Below are positions 26,328 to 42,022 of a stretch of 64,000 bases of DNA, in pieces. The stretch lies in the NCBI RefSeq assembly GCF_009914755.1, contig NC_060942.1; one strand, 5' to 3'. Both the position numbers and the translations under genes were made by a program. Source of the stretch: the human T2T-CHM13v2.0 reference genome, Homo sapiens. A model generated the notes under the pieces. That model ran no database searches. It saw only the letters and a program-made list of their open reading frames with translations, and was not told the DNA's origin. Within the stretch, counting starts at the first letter, position 1; each line of letters opens with the position of its first letter.

Positions 26328-29326
26328 GTTTGCTAACCTCTTGAAGTTCACTCTTAAATCCCATCTCTTTGATAAGGCGTTGGCCAAATATTTTAGCACA
26401 CTCTGATGCTCCCTTTTACTATATTCTCATAGTCTTTGTGATCTATACTATTCTTTTTGTTATTCACTCACAAATATACATATCATTTTTAAGATTTCCT
26501 TTATGTAAGCTATTTCCTTTAAGTATTGTGTAAGTTGTTTCCTTTGTGTAAGTATATTTAAGTATCTGTATATGTGTATATCCACATATATGTTCATATA
26601 AACACACATACACACACATGTATGTGTAAATACATTCCTTCTTTTATAACTCTGGTAACACCTAGCACATGACTTGGCCTTGGTACATATTCAAATATAT
26701 CTTGAATAATTAAATTGCATATGTAATTTGCTTTGCTTTTTCTAGTAGTTCTAGTAGTTCACTCTCAATCCCTTCCTGTTTTCTACATTACATTTTTACA
26801 TTAAATGGTATTTTCAGAACACAAATATGAATAAGGCACCAGCCTTCCTTAAAACCCAGGGGGTGTCTTCTCATTGATTTGAAGCTACATGGAGGCTGTT
26901 TTCCACCATTCTGAGAGGCCAGGCATGGTGTGATGCCTGCCTATCCCAGCATCCTCATCATGGACTGAGTTCTGTGTTTGTATTCTGGTTCAAGGGGCCT
27001 CTGTCAGACCCTCATGGCTGGCTGTGCCTCCTCTCACTTCAGGGCTTTTGTGTGTGTCCTCTCTTGGCTGAAGTGTTCTCTGTGCTCTGAACACCTTCTT
27101 TCTGTCTTTCATTGCCCTGAAGCTATTCAATCTTAAAGACACAAGTTATGCCTCATGGAGACTTTTCTGATTCCTCTACTGGGAAAGAATCCCTTTTTCC
27201 TGTGTCCTACCAATGATTTTTAGCTATACAGTAAATCTCATATACCATTTATGATCATACATTTTTTCCACAAGTATATTAGAATTGTAGCAAAGCTATA
27301 ACAAAAGGCTCCTAATGAGTTAGGCATGGTGGACTTTCAGCCAGGAGAAAGGTTAAGGGTCACCAATTAGGAATATAACCCAGATGAGAAAATTTTAAAA
27401 TAAACAAATCAATCAATTAAAAATTTTTATAAAAATAAGTCAGCAACATTTGGGAGACATGCTTGTGAGAGACTAGTTCTTAAAAGTGTCACTCAAATAA
27501 AGCTTTTGTTCAACCTTAACCATTAAATTTTAGTTGTTGATTGCAGGATCCATGGCTGAGTAACCTTTGTATAATTCACCAGCTCAGTGATATTAACTCA
27601 CTGCCTTCCACATAGAAATCATATAAATATGTGAGAAGAGAAGGCTTTTAGCTATTCCATATAAGCAACAAGTCAGGTTTATATATTTGTTCTGAATTAG
27701 ATAATAATCAGCCATCTTCACTTAAAAAAGATGTTTTGTGCCTTTCCCAACCTGTCTCCCCAGTTACCCTCTGCTGTAAACTTAATTCCTTATGTGACCA
27801 TATTTTCTTCCTCTTTCTTTGCTTGTCATTATTCTCCCTTTGGTTCTTAAGAATCATATTCACTTAATATATCTGAACCTTTACATCTCCACCTTTCACA
27901 CTTGCTTTTCAGATTGTGCCTGCCCACCTCTAATTATGCATGTATACTTTGGCTCCTGTAATCTTTTATTCTTTAAGACAATAGAAGGTTTTATTCTGTG
28001 GTCCTTCTTAAATGAATTCTAACATCACTCTCACTTTCTCTACCACTCAAGATTGGCTGGGCAGGTTTATTCTCTTTGCCAGGCTTCAATTTCATCTAAT
28101 ATCTTGTTTGTCTTTTGAAGCCAAGCATTGTTTTTATTCAAGTTTTCAGTAATAACAGGAACTATTTTTTTTCTTTATATCATGTACAACTCATGATACT
28201 GTGCTTTAATGCTTGAAAGCTGGTTATAAGTCTACCAAATCTAGCCTCTCTCAAATTAACCTCTGTATGTGATGTTAAAACTTAAGTAATTCTTTGCAAT
28301 TGATATAATAATTTTAATCACCCACTTATGATGAGTCCATAGAAAAACAAGAGAAGGTGGAACAATCATGCCCAAGAGTATGCTACATTTTTTGAGGATC
28401 CTATATTTGAGGGATACTGTTATTGAGTGATACTTCTTTGTGGTCTGAAGATCACAGAATCCTGCATATACCACAGCCTTATAGTCTTTGGGCATGGAGT
28501 TTGCTTTATTTGCCCATCTTCTTATTAACTGTGTGTATCCATCACAGCAAGGTAATACCACATCAGTTCCCTAAAGCATTAATTTAAAATAATTCTCAGA
28601 GCCTCTTTCCAGAACCAGGATGTTTGCTTTTTCCTTTCTCACACACATTAGCCAGTGTGAGCTCTGTGAGCATTAGGTTTTAGTTTATATCTTTGAGATG
28701 AGTGAAATATCGTCATTACCAGACATGAAGGGAAAATCAGACATGAATTTTCCAAACTTCAGTGTAAACAAAGTCCTACCTGATAGGAGCCACATTTCAA
28801 TTCTATGAAACTATGTCTACAACACTTCTATGAGAAAAAAGGAGAAAAAAAGGAACCGCTTTCAGAATTGAAAATAGTTACATAATTATAAATCTTACAG
28901 ATGTTTATAACACAATACTATTAACTTTAGGTCAATATATTTGTCAGTTGGAATAACAATGGACAACTTTCTAGGGAAAAAAAACAACTTACCACAGCTA
29001 GCACAGTAAGAAACAGAACTAGAAATATTCCTTTGCTGACAAAGGTAATTTGAACTTGAAATTAAAACCATTCTCACAAAAGCATAGGTGGCTTCATTGG
29101 TGAGTTCTTACAAAAATTTTAGGAAGAAATAGTGTCAATCTTACACAAACTCTTACAGAGAATAGAAAAAGAGGGAACAGTTTCTGATTTGCTACAATTA
29201 ATGTAGTTCAAGGTAAATCAATGGAGTTCACCTCATTAAGTGATAAAGGAGAGAAATCATTTGGTCAATCAATTGTTGCAGAAAAAAATAGTAAAATTCA
29301 ACTCCCATTAATTCTTAGTTAACTGG

Positions 29327-31743
29327 TGTATGGTTTGGCTCTGTGTCCCCAGCCAAATCTCATGTCAAATTGTAATTCCCAGTGTTGAAGGAGGGACCTG
29401 GTGGATGGTGATTGGATCGTTGGGGCAGATTTCCCCTTGCTGTTCTCTTGATAGTGAGTGAGATCTCATGGGATCTGGTTGTTTGAAAGTGTGTAGCACT
29501 TCCTCCTTCTCCAGGAAGAAGGTACTTGCTTCCTCTTCACCCTTCCACCATGACTGTAAGTTTCCTGAAGCCTTCCCAACTGTGCTTCCTGTACAGCCTG
29601 TGGAATTGTGAGTCAGTTAAACCTCTTTTCTTCATAAATTACCCAGCCTCGTTCTTTATAGGTCTTTCTTTATAGCAAAGCAAGAACAGACTAATACAGA
29701 AAATTGGTACTGAGCAGCAGGGCATTGCTGTGAAGATATCTGAAAATGTGGAAGTGACTTTGGAACTAAGTAACTGGCAGAGGTTGAACAGTTTGGAGGG
29801 CTCAGAAGAGGCTAGGAAGATGTGGAAAAATTTGAAACTTCCTAGAGACTTGTTGAATGGTCATGACCAAAATGGTGATAGAGATATGAACAGTGAAGTC
29901 TAGGCTGAGGAGGTCTCAGATGGAGATGACGAACTTATTGGGAACTGGCATATGGAGATGACAAACTTATTGGGAACTGGCGTAAAGGTCACTCTTGCTA
30001 TGCTTTAGCAAAGAGACTGGCAGCATTTTGCCCCTGCTCTAGAGATCTGTAGAACTTTGAACCTGAGAGAAATGTTATAGGGTATCTGTCTGAAGAAATT
30101 TGTAAGCAGCAAAGCATTCAGGATGTAGCTTGGCTGCTTCTAAAAGCCAGTGCTCATTTGCATAAACAAATAAATGGCCTGAAACTCAAACTTATACTTA
30201 AAAGGGAAGCAGAACATAAAAGTTTGGGAAATTTGCAGCCTGGTCATGTGGTAGAAAAGAAAAACCCATTTGCTCAGGAGAAATTCAAACCAGGTGCAGA
30301 AATTTGCATAAGTAAGGAGGAGCTGAATGTTAATAGCCAAGACAATGGAGAAAATGCCTCCAGGGCATTCCAGAGACCTTTGTAGTAGCTCCTATCATCT
30401 CTGGCCTAGAGGCCTGGGGTAAAAATGGTTTCATGGGCCAGACCCGGGGCTCCGTTGCTCTGTGCAGTCTCAGGACATGGCATCCTGCATTACAGCATCT
30501 CCAGCTCCAGCTGTGGCCAAAAGGAGCCACAGGTCAGGCCATTGTTTCAGACAGTGAAAGCCCCAAGGCTTTGGTGGCTTACATATGGTGTTAGGCCTGT
30601 GATTGCACAGAGGGAAAGAGTTAAGGCTTGGGAGCCTTCACCTAGGTTTCAGAGGCTGTAGAGAAATGCCTTGATGTCCAGGCAGAAGTCTGTTTCAGGG
30701 GCAGAGCCCTCATGGAGAACCTCTCCTAGGGCAGTGTGGAAGGGAAATATGGGGTTGCAGCCCCCACACAGAATTCCCACTGGGGCATTGCCTAGTAGAG
30801 CTGTAAGAAGAGGGCCATGATCTTCCAGACCCCAGAATAGTAGATCCACCAATAGCTTGCACCATGCACCTGGAAAAGCTGCAGGCACTAAACACCAGCC
30901 CTTGACAGCAGCCGTGGGAGCTGAGTCCCACAGAGCTAAAGGGGCTGAGCTGCCCAACGCTTTGGGAGCCCAACCCTTGCATCAGTGTGGCCTGGATATG
31001 AGACATGGAGTCAAAGGAGATTATTTTGGAGACATAAGATTTAATGACTGCCCTGCTGGGTTTCGGACTTGCATGGGGACTTTAGCACCTTTGTTTTGGC
31101 CAATTTCTCTTTTTTGGAAGGGAATATTTACCCAATGCTTGTACCCCCTTTGTGTCTTGGAAGTAACTAACTTGTTTTTGATTTTACAGGCTTATAGGTG
31201 GAAGGGACTTACCTTGTCTCAGATAAGACTTTGGACTTGGACTTGTGAGTTAATGCTAGAATGAGTTAAGACTTGAGGGATGGTTGAGAAAGCATGATTG
31301 TATTTTACAATGTGAGAAGGACATGAGATTTGGGAGAAGCCAGGAATGGAATGATATGGTTTGGCTGTGTGTCTCCACCCAAATCTCATGTTGACTTGTA
31401 ATTCCAAATGTTGGAGAAGGGGCCTGGTGGGAGGTTATTGGATCATGGGGGCAGATTTTTTCCCTTGCTGTTCTTGTGATAGTGAGGGAGTTCTCATGAG
31501 ATCTGGTTGTTTGAAAGTGTGTGGCAGTTCCCCCTTTGTTCTCTCTTCCTCCTGCTCCATCATATGAAGAAGATGCTTGCTTCCCTTTTGCCCTTCTGCC
31601 ATGATTGTAAGTTTTCTATGGCCTCCCCAACCATGCTTCCTGTACAGACTACAGAACTGTAAGTCAATTAAACCTCTTTTTTTTTTCATAAATTACCCAG
31701 TCATAAGTAGTTCTTTATAGCAGTGTGAGAATGGACTAACACA
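29327..31743 (+). mobile_element. Complete MSTA (ERVL-MaLR) element: 5'LTR 29327-29698, internal 29699-31351, 3'LTR 31352-31743
   Basis: Two homologous LTRs run TG(A)TATGGTTTGGCT...GACTAA(T/C)ACA. The ~1.65-kb MaLR internal region starts GAAAATTGGTAC and ends in a purine-rich tract. The 5-bp TSD ACTGG is at 29322-29326 and 31744-31748. Confidence 0.93.
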
Positions 31744-32308
31744 ACTGGTAATGGATTAGGAATACCTTTTTAATTTGGTAATTTGGCATCAACAAAAATT
31801 TACAGCAAACATTGTATTTTATAAAGAAATATTGATAGTTTTGTCTCTGACTCTGTTAACAAGACAAAAAGGCCCACTAGTCCCACATATAGTCAATATT
31901 GTATTGGAGATCCTAGCCAAAATAATAAGGGAGAGACACATGCAGGAAATATAAGAATGACAAATATTTTCTGACAACATGATTTTGAATGTAGCAAACC
32001 CAAGAATTTACAAACTAGCTGAACATAGGAAAATATCACTGGATATGTCAACATATACAGATTAACTGTATTCCTGTAAATATCAATTAACAAGAAGGTG
32101 AAACTTTGAAATGATACAATTTACAATAATATAACACATAGCAAGTACCCAGGACTTAATCAAATTAAAGGCACGAAAGACACCTGTGCAGAAAACTATA
32201 AAACATTATTGAAAGAAATTAATAAAGAACTAAATAAATGATGACTCTACCATGTTTCTCATTTCAAGGACCCAATATTCTAAGGCTGGCAAATGAGTCT
32301 CTTTTATT

Positions 32309-32611
32309 ATTATTTTATTTATTTATTTATTTGAGACGGAATCACGCTGTGTCCCCTAGGCTGCAGTGCAGTGGCACGATCTCAGCTCACTGCAACTTCT
32401 GCATCCCTGGTTTAAGTGATTATCTGCCTCAGTCTCCCGAGTAGCTGGGATTACAGGTGCCCACCACCATGCCTGGCTAATTTTTGTATTTTTAGTAGAG
32501 ATGAGGTTTCACCATCTTCACCAGGCTGGTCTGGAACTCCTGACCTTGTGATCTACTCTCCTCTGCCTCCCAAAGTTCTGGGATTACAGGCGTGAGCCAC
32601 CGCGCCCAGCC
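32309..32611 (-). mobile_element. AluS (Sg/Sc-like)
   Basis: Full dimer with a (TTTA)n tail. The 16-bp TSD ATGAGTCTCTTTTATT is at 32293-32308 and 32612-32627. Confidence 0.93.
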
Positions 32612-35600
32612 ATGAGTCTCTTTTATTTGATCTATAGTTTACCCAGAACCACAATTAAAATCCCAGAGGGACATTTTGGTGGAAAATTTCAAGCTAATTC
32701 TAAAATATATAGGGAAAATGCAAAGAGATAACTCTAGATCACCTTGAAGAACAACAAAATTGGACTTACACTAATATCAATATATATTGTAAAGTTATAA
32801 TAATTAAGGCAGTGTGCTATTGATCCAAGGATGTTCAGAGGGAAAGAGCAATTAGACAGAATATAAAATCAAGAAATAGACTCAAACATACATGATTTAT
32901 AGAAACACCTGATTTATCAAAAAGCTCTGTGGAGCAGTGGCAAAGGAGAGGGAGAACTGGATAACTATACAGAGAAATGAAAAGATTCTTGACTACGTCA
33001 AGATGCCAGGAAAACATGCAGGGAAAAAAGCAGATCATAGCTCAAAATATGTAAGGTAAAATAATTTTTCTGGGATACTCCACAGGTAAATATCTTCATG
33101 ATCTTGGGATAGGCATAGATTTATTAAATAGGCTAAGATTATTAAAGAGCATTAGCCATAAATGAAAAGATTGATGCATTGGAATATATAAAAATTAGGA
33201 ACTTCTTTTAATTAAAAAATATAAGACAGTGAAAAGGCAGCCTTCAGACTGGATAATTTATTTTCAATAAATTTACTCAACAAATATATAAATAATATAA
33301 AAAGAATTCCCTCAAATGATAAGAAAAAGGCAGACAACCAAATAGAAACAGGTGAAAAGGACTTAAATAGGCACTTTATGAAAAGGATATCCATTTGACC
33401 AGTAGTCCTATGAAAATGTGCTCAAACTCGATATTGCAAATTAAAATCATAGTCAGGTAACACTGTTTACTCAGGTAGTTAAAAATTAAGAAGTCTGACA
33501 AACCCTGTTGTGGACAAGAATGTAGAATAACTAAAATTCTTACACTGTGTAGGTAGGAATCAAAGTTGATACAATTACTTTGGAAAGTTCTTGGTAGCTA
33601 TTATTAAAGCTGAGCATTCATATACTCTTGAACCAGCAATTCTACTCCTAGGTATATGCTCCCCCATAATTAAGTGATTATATATATATGAATTAAAGAA
33701 TGTGTGCATGGTGTTTGTATGTATGTGTGTTTATAACTTTTCATAGTAGCATTATTTCACAGTAGCCAAATCTGAAACCAAACCACCTACAAGTATTTTT
33801 GATGTATTCATGTAATAGGATATTACGCAGCAATGAAAATGAACCTACCACTGTTACATGTTACATCATAGATGTACGTAGATTACCAAAAACATGATGT
33901 TGAGTGAAAAGGATGGGTAGAAGTGAATATTTGAGATAGTTATTCCCCTTAAGATAAGTTGTAACTATGGAAGTGTCAGGTGGACATCTGGCTTGCTGGT
34001 AACGTTCTCTTTCATCATCTGGTTCAGCAGATGCTAAGTTTGTTCACTTTGTGAAAATTCACTGACTAATGTTTTTGATTTGTGTACATTTGTGTGCTCT
34101 ACATTTAAGATAGGTTTGTAAAGGCATTTTAAAAAGAAACGCCTCCCATTTTCATATTATCTAAAATTATTTATTTAATTTATTTCTAACATTTTTAGAC
34201 ATGAATTCCTCAGTCCTGGATTTGATCTGATGTTATTATTTGTCTTTTAATAAATTATTTAAAACTTTCTTAATCTACGAACAGAACCTATTTGACATTA
34301 AATATAATTGGGACCTTAAAAATATGTTTATTAGGAAAGTGTAGCTTGAGCAATATACTATTTCTTGAGTGTTATTGAAATACACTTTGTGATCCATTAC
34401 ATTATCAATTTTAATAAATATTCTCAGGACATTTAAAAAATATCCAAAATTCATTAAAACCCTACCAATTCTACACCATTCACTTATGTTTTCAAATTTC
34501 CACATTCATGTTAACATAGCTGTTCTTGTTCTACTAAGGTTTCCTTTGCTTCAATTCAATGCCCTGGTCTTAATGTTGCCAATTTAGGCTTAATTTTTGT
34601 GTTTCTTTTTCTATAATTCTATTGTACCCTATTTTGCTTGTTATGCCAATTTGATTATTATTCTGAATTCAAGCTAAAACTCTTTAAATTTAAGAACTAT
34701 TGTGTTGATTTATTTTTCAAAATATTGTGTTAATTATGACATCTGACAGTGCGTTTTGTTGTAGTTCTCTTTTTTCCTTTTGTAGTCATTTTGGATGCCT
34801 TTCTACTTTTTTTTGGTAGTATAAATTGTGTTTTGCATACTTTTATCATCTACATGATTTGAAGGAAATGTAGATTGTTTTTATCTTTTATCTCACCATT
34901 AAATATTTAAAAATTTTTCTTAGTCACTCTTACAATTTTCCAAAATTAATTCCACATATCTAATAACTTCCTAATTTCAGTGGAAATTTTTATTTCAAAT
35001 CAATACTCATGTAATAATTTACATAAAAATTAAAATATTAACTTTTAATGCTAACTCGTGTGAAGAATAATTGAATTATTTCTACTTCAAGCTTTCGTTC
35101 CTCTCATTTTCTAGGTTTCCATAAACTTATTATGGTTTCAAAGGCCAATGATTCAAATAATAATGTTAAACCTAAGGTGCTTTTTTCATTTAATTATACA
35201 TAAAATTTTGAAATATTTAAAATAATTATTTTGGCACATTGACATCACATTTTCTTTTTACTTGGGAATCTATAATTGTATTTACTTCTGTAATATTTAT
35301 TTTACTTTATTATTATTATTGTTTTTAGATTCAGTTACACAATAGGTAGTATTTCGACCTTCACCCACCTCCCAACCTCCTCACAGTCCCCTTTGTCTAT
35401 TATCTCCATCTTTATGTTTATGTGAACCCATTGTTTGGCTCCTACTTGTGAGAACATGCAGTATTTGACTTTCTGTTTGTGCATTATTTCACTGAGGATA
35501 ATGGCCTCCAGTTCCATTTATGTTGCTGTAAAGAATATGTATTCATTCTTCTTTATGGCTGGACAGTATTCCATGGTGTATATATACCACATTTTTTTTT

Positions 35601-38253
35601 TAACCAATCCACCACTGATGAACACTTAAGTTGATTCCATGTCTTTGCTATTATAAATAGTGCTATAGTAAACATACGAGTGTAGGTGTCTTTTCAATAA
35701 GACAATCTTTTTTTCTTGTGTAGATACCCAGTGGTGGGATTGCTGGGCCTAATGACAGTTCTATTTTTAGTTCTTTGAGAAATATCCACACTGTTTTCCA
35801 CAGGGATTGAACTAATATACATCCCCACCTATAGTGTATAAGCATTCCCTTTTCTTCATCTCCTCATCAGCATCTCTTATTTTTTTAACTTTTAAAAATC
35901 AGCCATGCTGACTGGTGTGAGATAGTATCTCATGGTGGTTTTGATTTGCATTTGTCTGATGATTAGTGATGTAGATAATTTTTTCATATGTTTGTTGCTT
36001 GCTTGTATGTCTTCTTTAGAGAAGTGTGTGCTCATGTCCTTTGCTGACATTTTAAGAGGGTTATTTGTTTTTTTATTTTCTTGATGATTTAAGTTCCTTA
36101 TAGATTCTGGATATTAGTCCTTAGTTGGATGCACAGTTTGCAAATATTTTCTCCCACTTTGTAGATTTTCTGTTTATTGACAGTTTATTTTGCTGTGCAG
36201 AAGCGCTTTAGGTTAATTGAACCCCAGTTGTCTATTTTTGTTTTTGTTGCTTTTACTTTTGAAGTTTTAGTCATATGAGGTCTTAGTCAGAAATTATTTG
36301 CCTAGGCCAATGTCCAGAACAGGTTTTCTTCTAGGATTTTTATAATTTGAGGCCTTACATTTAAATCTTTATTCCATCTTGAGTTAAGTTTTGTATATGA
36401 TGAGAAATAGGGCTCCATTTTTATGCTTGTGAGTAGCCAGTTTTCCCAGCACCATTTATTGAATTTGGTGTCCTCTCTCCAATATTTTACATTTTTTTTT
36501 GGTTGGGGGCGGGGTTTGCTTGAAGATGAGTTTGTTGTAGGTATGTGGCTTTATTTCTGGATTTTTTATTCTGTTCCATCAGTCTATGCATCTATATTTG
36601 TACTAGTACCATGCTGTTTTATTTATTATACCCTTGTAGTATAATTTGAAGTCAGACAATGTGATGCCTCCAGATTTGTTCTTTGTGCTTACAGTTGCTT
36701 TGGCTTTTCAGGCTGTTTTTTGGGTCCATATGAATTTAGAATAGTTTTCTTTTTCTAAATCTGTAAAAACTGATGTTGGTAATTTGATAGAAATTACATT
36801 GAATCTGTACATTGCTTTGCACATTGTGATTGTTTTAATAATATTAATTCTTCCTATCCATGAGCATTGGATGTTTTTCCATTTGTTTGTGTCATGTATG
36901 ATTGGTTTCATTAGTGTTGTAAAGTTCTCCCTGTAGAGATCTTACATCCCCTTGGTTAAATGTATTGCTAGGTATTTTATTTTTTATAGTTATTGTAAAT
37001 GGGATTGAGTTCTTGGTTTTGCATTGTTGGTGGAAATGCAACTGATTTTCGTGCATCAATTGTATATCATTATATGCTAGTGAGGTTATTAATCAGGGCT
37101 AGCAGTCTTTTGGAGGAATCTTTAGGGTTTTCTAGGTATAGAATCATATCATCAGCATTCAGAGATAATTTTACTTCCCGTTTTCCAATTTGAATGCTTT
37201 TTATTTCTTTCTCTTGCCTGATTGCTCCGGCCATGACTTCTAGTCTTATGTTGAATAGAAGCGGTGACGCTGGACATCCTCATATTGTTCCAGTTATTAG
37301 GGGGAATGCTTTCAACTGTTCCCCATTCACATGATGTTGGCAGTAGGTTTGTCACAGATGGCTCCTATTATTTTTAGGTATATTCCTTCAATATCTCATT
37401 TGTTGATGGTTTTTATCATGAAGGAGTGTTGGATTTTATCAAATGCTTTTTCTGCATCTATTGAGATGATCATATGCTTTTTATTTTTAATTGTTTATCT
37501 GGTGAATCACATTTATTGATTTTCATATGTTGAGCCAACCTTGCATCTCAGGAATAAAGCATACTTGATTGTAGTGAATTAACTTTTTGATGTGCTGCTG
37601 GATTCAATTTGCTAGCATTTTGTTGAGGAATTTTGCATCTATTTTCTTCAGGGATATTAATCTGTATTTTTCTGTTTTTGTTGTGTTCTTGCTAGATTTT
37701 TGTGTAAGGATGACACCAATTTTGTAGAATAAGTTAGAGAGGTTTTCCTTGTCCTCTATTTTTGGAATATTTTCAGTAAGATTGGTATTAGCTCTTCTAT
37801 GTTCAGTAGAGTTTAGCTGTGAATCCATCTTGTCTGAAGCTTTTTTTGGTTGGGAGACTTTTTTATTACTGATTAAATATTACAGCTGATTATTGGTCTA
37901 ACCAGGATTTAAATTCCTTCTTGGTTCAATCTTGGGAGTTGTATGTTTCCAGGAATTTATTCATTTCCTCTAGATTTTCTCGTTTCTGTGCACAGAGATG
38001 TTCATAGTAGCCTATAATGATGTTTTGTATTTTGTGGTATTATTTCTAATTGGACTTATTTGAATCTTCTCTCTTTTCTTGGTTAATCTAGCTAGTGGTC
38101 TATCAATTTTGATTATCCTTTCAACAAGCCAACTTTTCATTTTGTTGACCTTTTGTATAATTTAGTTGGTCTCAATTTCATTTAATCATGCTGGGATCTT
38201 TGTCATTTCTTTTCTTCTGCTAGAATTAGCTTCTTATTTTTCTAGTTCCATGA

Positions 38254-38598
<345 letters not shown>

Positions 38599-39392
38599 TT
38601 TTATATTCTTGATGTATATATTTAGCCCTATACATTTTCCTCTTATGTCCCAAAGGTTTTGGTATGTTGTTCTCTATTTTTATTTGTTTCAAATAATTTT
38701 TTTGATTTCTTTCTTATTTTTTTTGTTAACCCAAAAGTCATTCAGAAGAAAATTGTTTCAATTTCATGTACTTATGTAGTTTTGAGAGTTCCTCTTAGTA
38801 TTATTGAAATTATTTCCAATCTTATTCCACTCTGTGGTCTGAGAAAATACTAGATATTATTTTGAATTTTTAAAATTTATTGAGACTTGTTTTGTCACCA
38901 AAATATGGTCAGTTTCAGAGAATGTTCCATGTGCAGATGAGAACAATATATATTGTTTAGTTGTTGGGTACGATATTCTGTAGATGCCTAATGGGTCCAT
39001 TTACTCAAGAATCCAATTAATGTCCAGAATATCTTTGTTAGTTTTCTGCCTCAATAATTTATCTAGTGTTGCCAGTGGGATGCTGAAGTCACCCAACTAT
39101 TATTGTATAGCCATCTATCTCTTTTCTTATATCTGTTAGTTTTTATTTTATAAATCTTGGTGCTCTGGTGTTGGGTGTGAATATATTTAGGATAGTTAAA
39201 TATTCTTGTTGAATTGAGCTGTATCGTTATACAATGGTCTTTGTCTTTTTTTCTTTTACAGTTCTTGTTTTAAAGTCTACTTTACCTGAAACAAGAATGG
39301 CGGCCCTTACTCTTTTTGTTTTCCATTTGTATGATATACCTTTCTCTAATTTGAGCTTGCAGATATCATTACTCATTAGCTGAGTTTTTTGA

Positions 39393-39787
<395 letters not shown>

Positions 39788-42022
39788 TCTTTCTTTCTTT
39801 TCTGTACTGCTGGAGTCTTTGTACTGATTCCTTCTCACCTGAGGGAGCCATCACTTTTTATTTCTTAATCTGCTATCATTTGGAAGGGACTTTTTAATTT
39901 TTTATTCTTTCTTCCCCTGAGGGTATGACTATGGTCTATTTTTTGTATTATCATTTGGCCTTTTTTCTGGGTGCTTATTGGGGTCAAGGCTCTGTATGTG
40001 TTCCTTAGTTGCGGATGGATTTTGTGTGGTGGTTTTCTCAAATACTGCTTGTTGTAGCAATATATTGGATGTATAAGCCAACACACTAATTCCTCTGGGG
40101 CGAAGAGTGCAGAGGTCTCAGGAACCTTATCTTGTGTGCACTGGCACTATGCCCTTCTGACAGTAGATCTTTTATTTGGTGCTCCAGTTTAGTCTCCCTT
40201 CCAGTAGGTGGCACTTAAGATTAAAAGCCAGCTCACCCTCAGGAAGCCTGATGGTGACTGGAGACACCTGGCCTCATGTGGGAGGTGGGAGGAGATCATG
40301 TGAGGGTGTGCTGAGGTCTCGGGGTAGGGGGTGGGTAGTGTACCAGTTTCTTCTCCTGGGAAAGCAGTAACATGATCCACTTCCCTATTACACCCCGTCA
40401 CAGGGCTCATGACTTTCAGTTCATTTAGACATTATCCTTTGGCTCCTGGCTGTGGCTGGGGACACTGGAAATGCCCCTCTGGAGGCCACCACCAAAATGG
40501 GCTCAGGACAGAACTTCTTTTCCCAGCTCAGAGCAGACAGCTCTATGGCTTGTCTTCCCTCCATTGCTGGGACACTACCACTCTGTGTAAGTAGGGAGGG
40601 ATGGGCTTCACCCTTCATGGTAACTAATCTGTGAGGTACAGGCTCACTTTCAACAGGGGTGTAGCCACCACCAAAAGCTCTGGAAAGCCTTTATCCAAGT
40701 GCATACATGTCGGCCCCCACTGGGGAGAGCTTCTGCTGTGTTGGCAACAGTAGATGAGGGGAGAGAGGGATGACCCCATCTCCACATCCATTCCCAGCTG
40801 CTGGTGCCACCCATTCAGCAATCGGTTCTGCACCTGCATTACTTTTGTCCCAAGATGTGGTTTGCAGGGCTGTGTTCCCCCGACCTGGGGTGAGGGAGCC
40901 TGCACCAAGGGCTTGACCTCTGGGAATCCCACAGCTCCCTGGGGACTTGCTGGTTCCCTGCGGTTGCCAAAGTCAAAACTGGTTGTAGGCTATGTTTGCA
41001 GGGGATCTAGTGATGTGACTCAAGGGCTGAGGTTCCTTGAAGGATAGTGGCCCACAATAGGTCCACAACCGGAATAATGCCCACTATCTCGGTTTGGGCC
41101 TGAGGGAAGTGGGACATCTGCACAAATTGGCCACCCAGCTCTCTGTCTCCACAGACAGAGATTGTCTCCCAAATCTCCACTGACAGCATTGCCCAGGGTC
41201 GCAAGGGCAAAGGGGCTCCCCAACACTTTGGAGATGAGCAGATTGTTGCAGAAGTGAGGGGAACAGATAAGCACCCCCACATACCCTTTTTGCAGGGTTC
41301 TGAGTTCCTAGGGAATCAATCTCTGCCAGACTCTTGCTGTGTTCCTTTTCTGCACTTCAGCTTCTTCCTGTGCATCTGCTGACAGGTCCTGGCTCTCTTT
41401 CCTCAGCTTTCCATTAGGATCATGACCATTCATGTGTAACTTTGATGTTCTTTTGAGGAGAATTGGCATCCAATGTTCCTAGCTAGTCATCTTAAGAAAA
41501 ACTTTAATATTTTTCAAAATAGTTTATGATGCTTATCTTCAGTCATTTCTTCTCTAACATCACATGCTTGAATTTAATTTTTGATTTGGATTTTTCTCTT
41601 TGTGCTTGAATTCACATGTGAGAGGCCATGTTGTGGATAGTGAGGGAGGTACTATCAATCTACGGCCCTCAAGTAATGTAGGTCTCACATGAAAGCCCCA
41701 AATATTGTTAGCCACATTTTATTTCCAGGGTCACCATGTACACACCTGGGGTTGCACTTTTTATGTGGAAGCCTTTCATTAACCTTGTCATTCTCCTGAA
41801 AATATAGTAACTTTCACTTTAGCAATGGCCACATGAGATCTTCATGTATTTAAGGAAACAACAGCTGTAGGTCATGTAGCTTCAGATGAGTGCATAGATC
41901 TCCACAAATGAGGTAATACCTTATTATGTGGGGGTGTTTTCTGAAGTGATAATGAACTGATTATTCCTGCACATCCTTTGATCTGTTTAACTTACAATGG
42001 GAGTCATTCGATTAGAAAAGAT

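Larger units (their letters stand above)
28895..34125 (+). mobile_element. Ancient L1M (L1ME-like) ORF2-3'UTR interrupted by MSTA and an Alu
   Basis: Degenerate ORF2 motifs are colinear on both sides of the MSTA. The 3' end has GTTCACTTTGTGAAAATTCAC. Confidence 0.75.

Noticed and set aside
30140-31264. ORFs in the MSTA internal region
   Set aside because: Short, interrupted remnants of the MaLR internal sequence; no intact gag/pol-like product.
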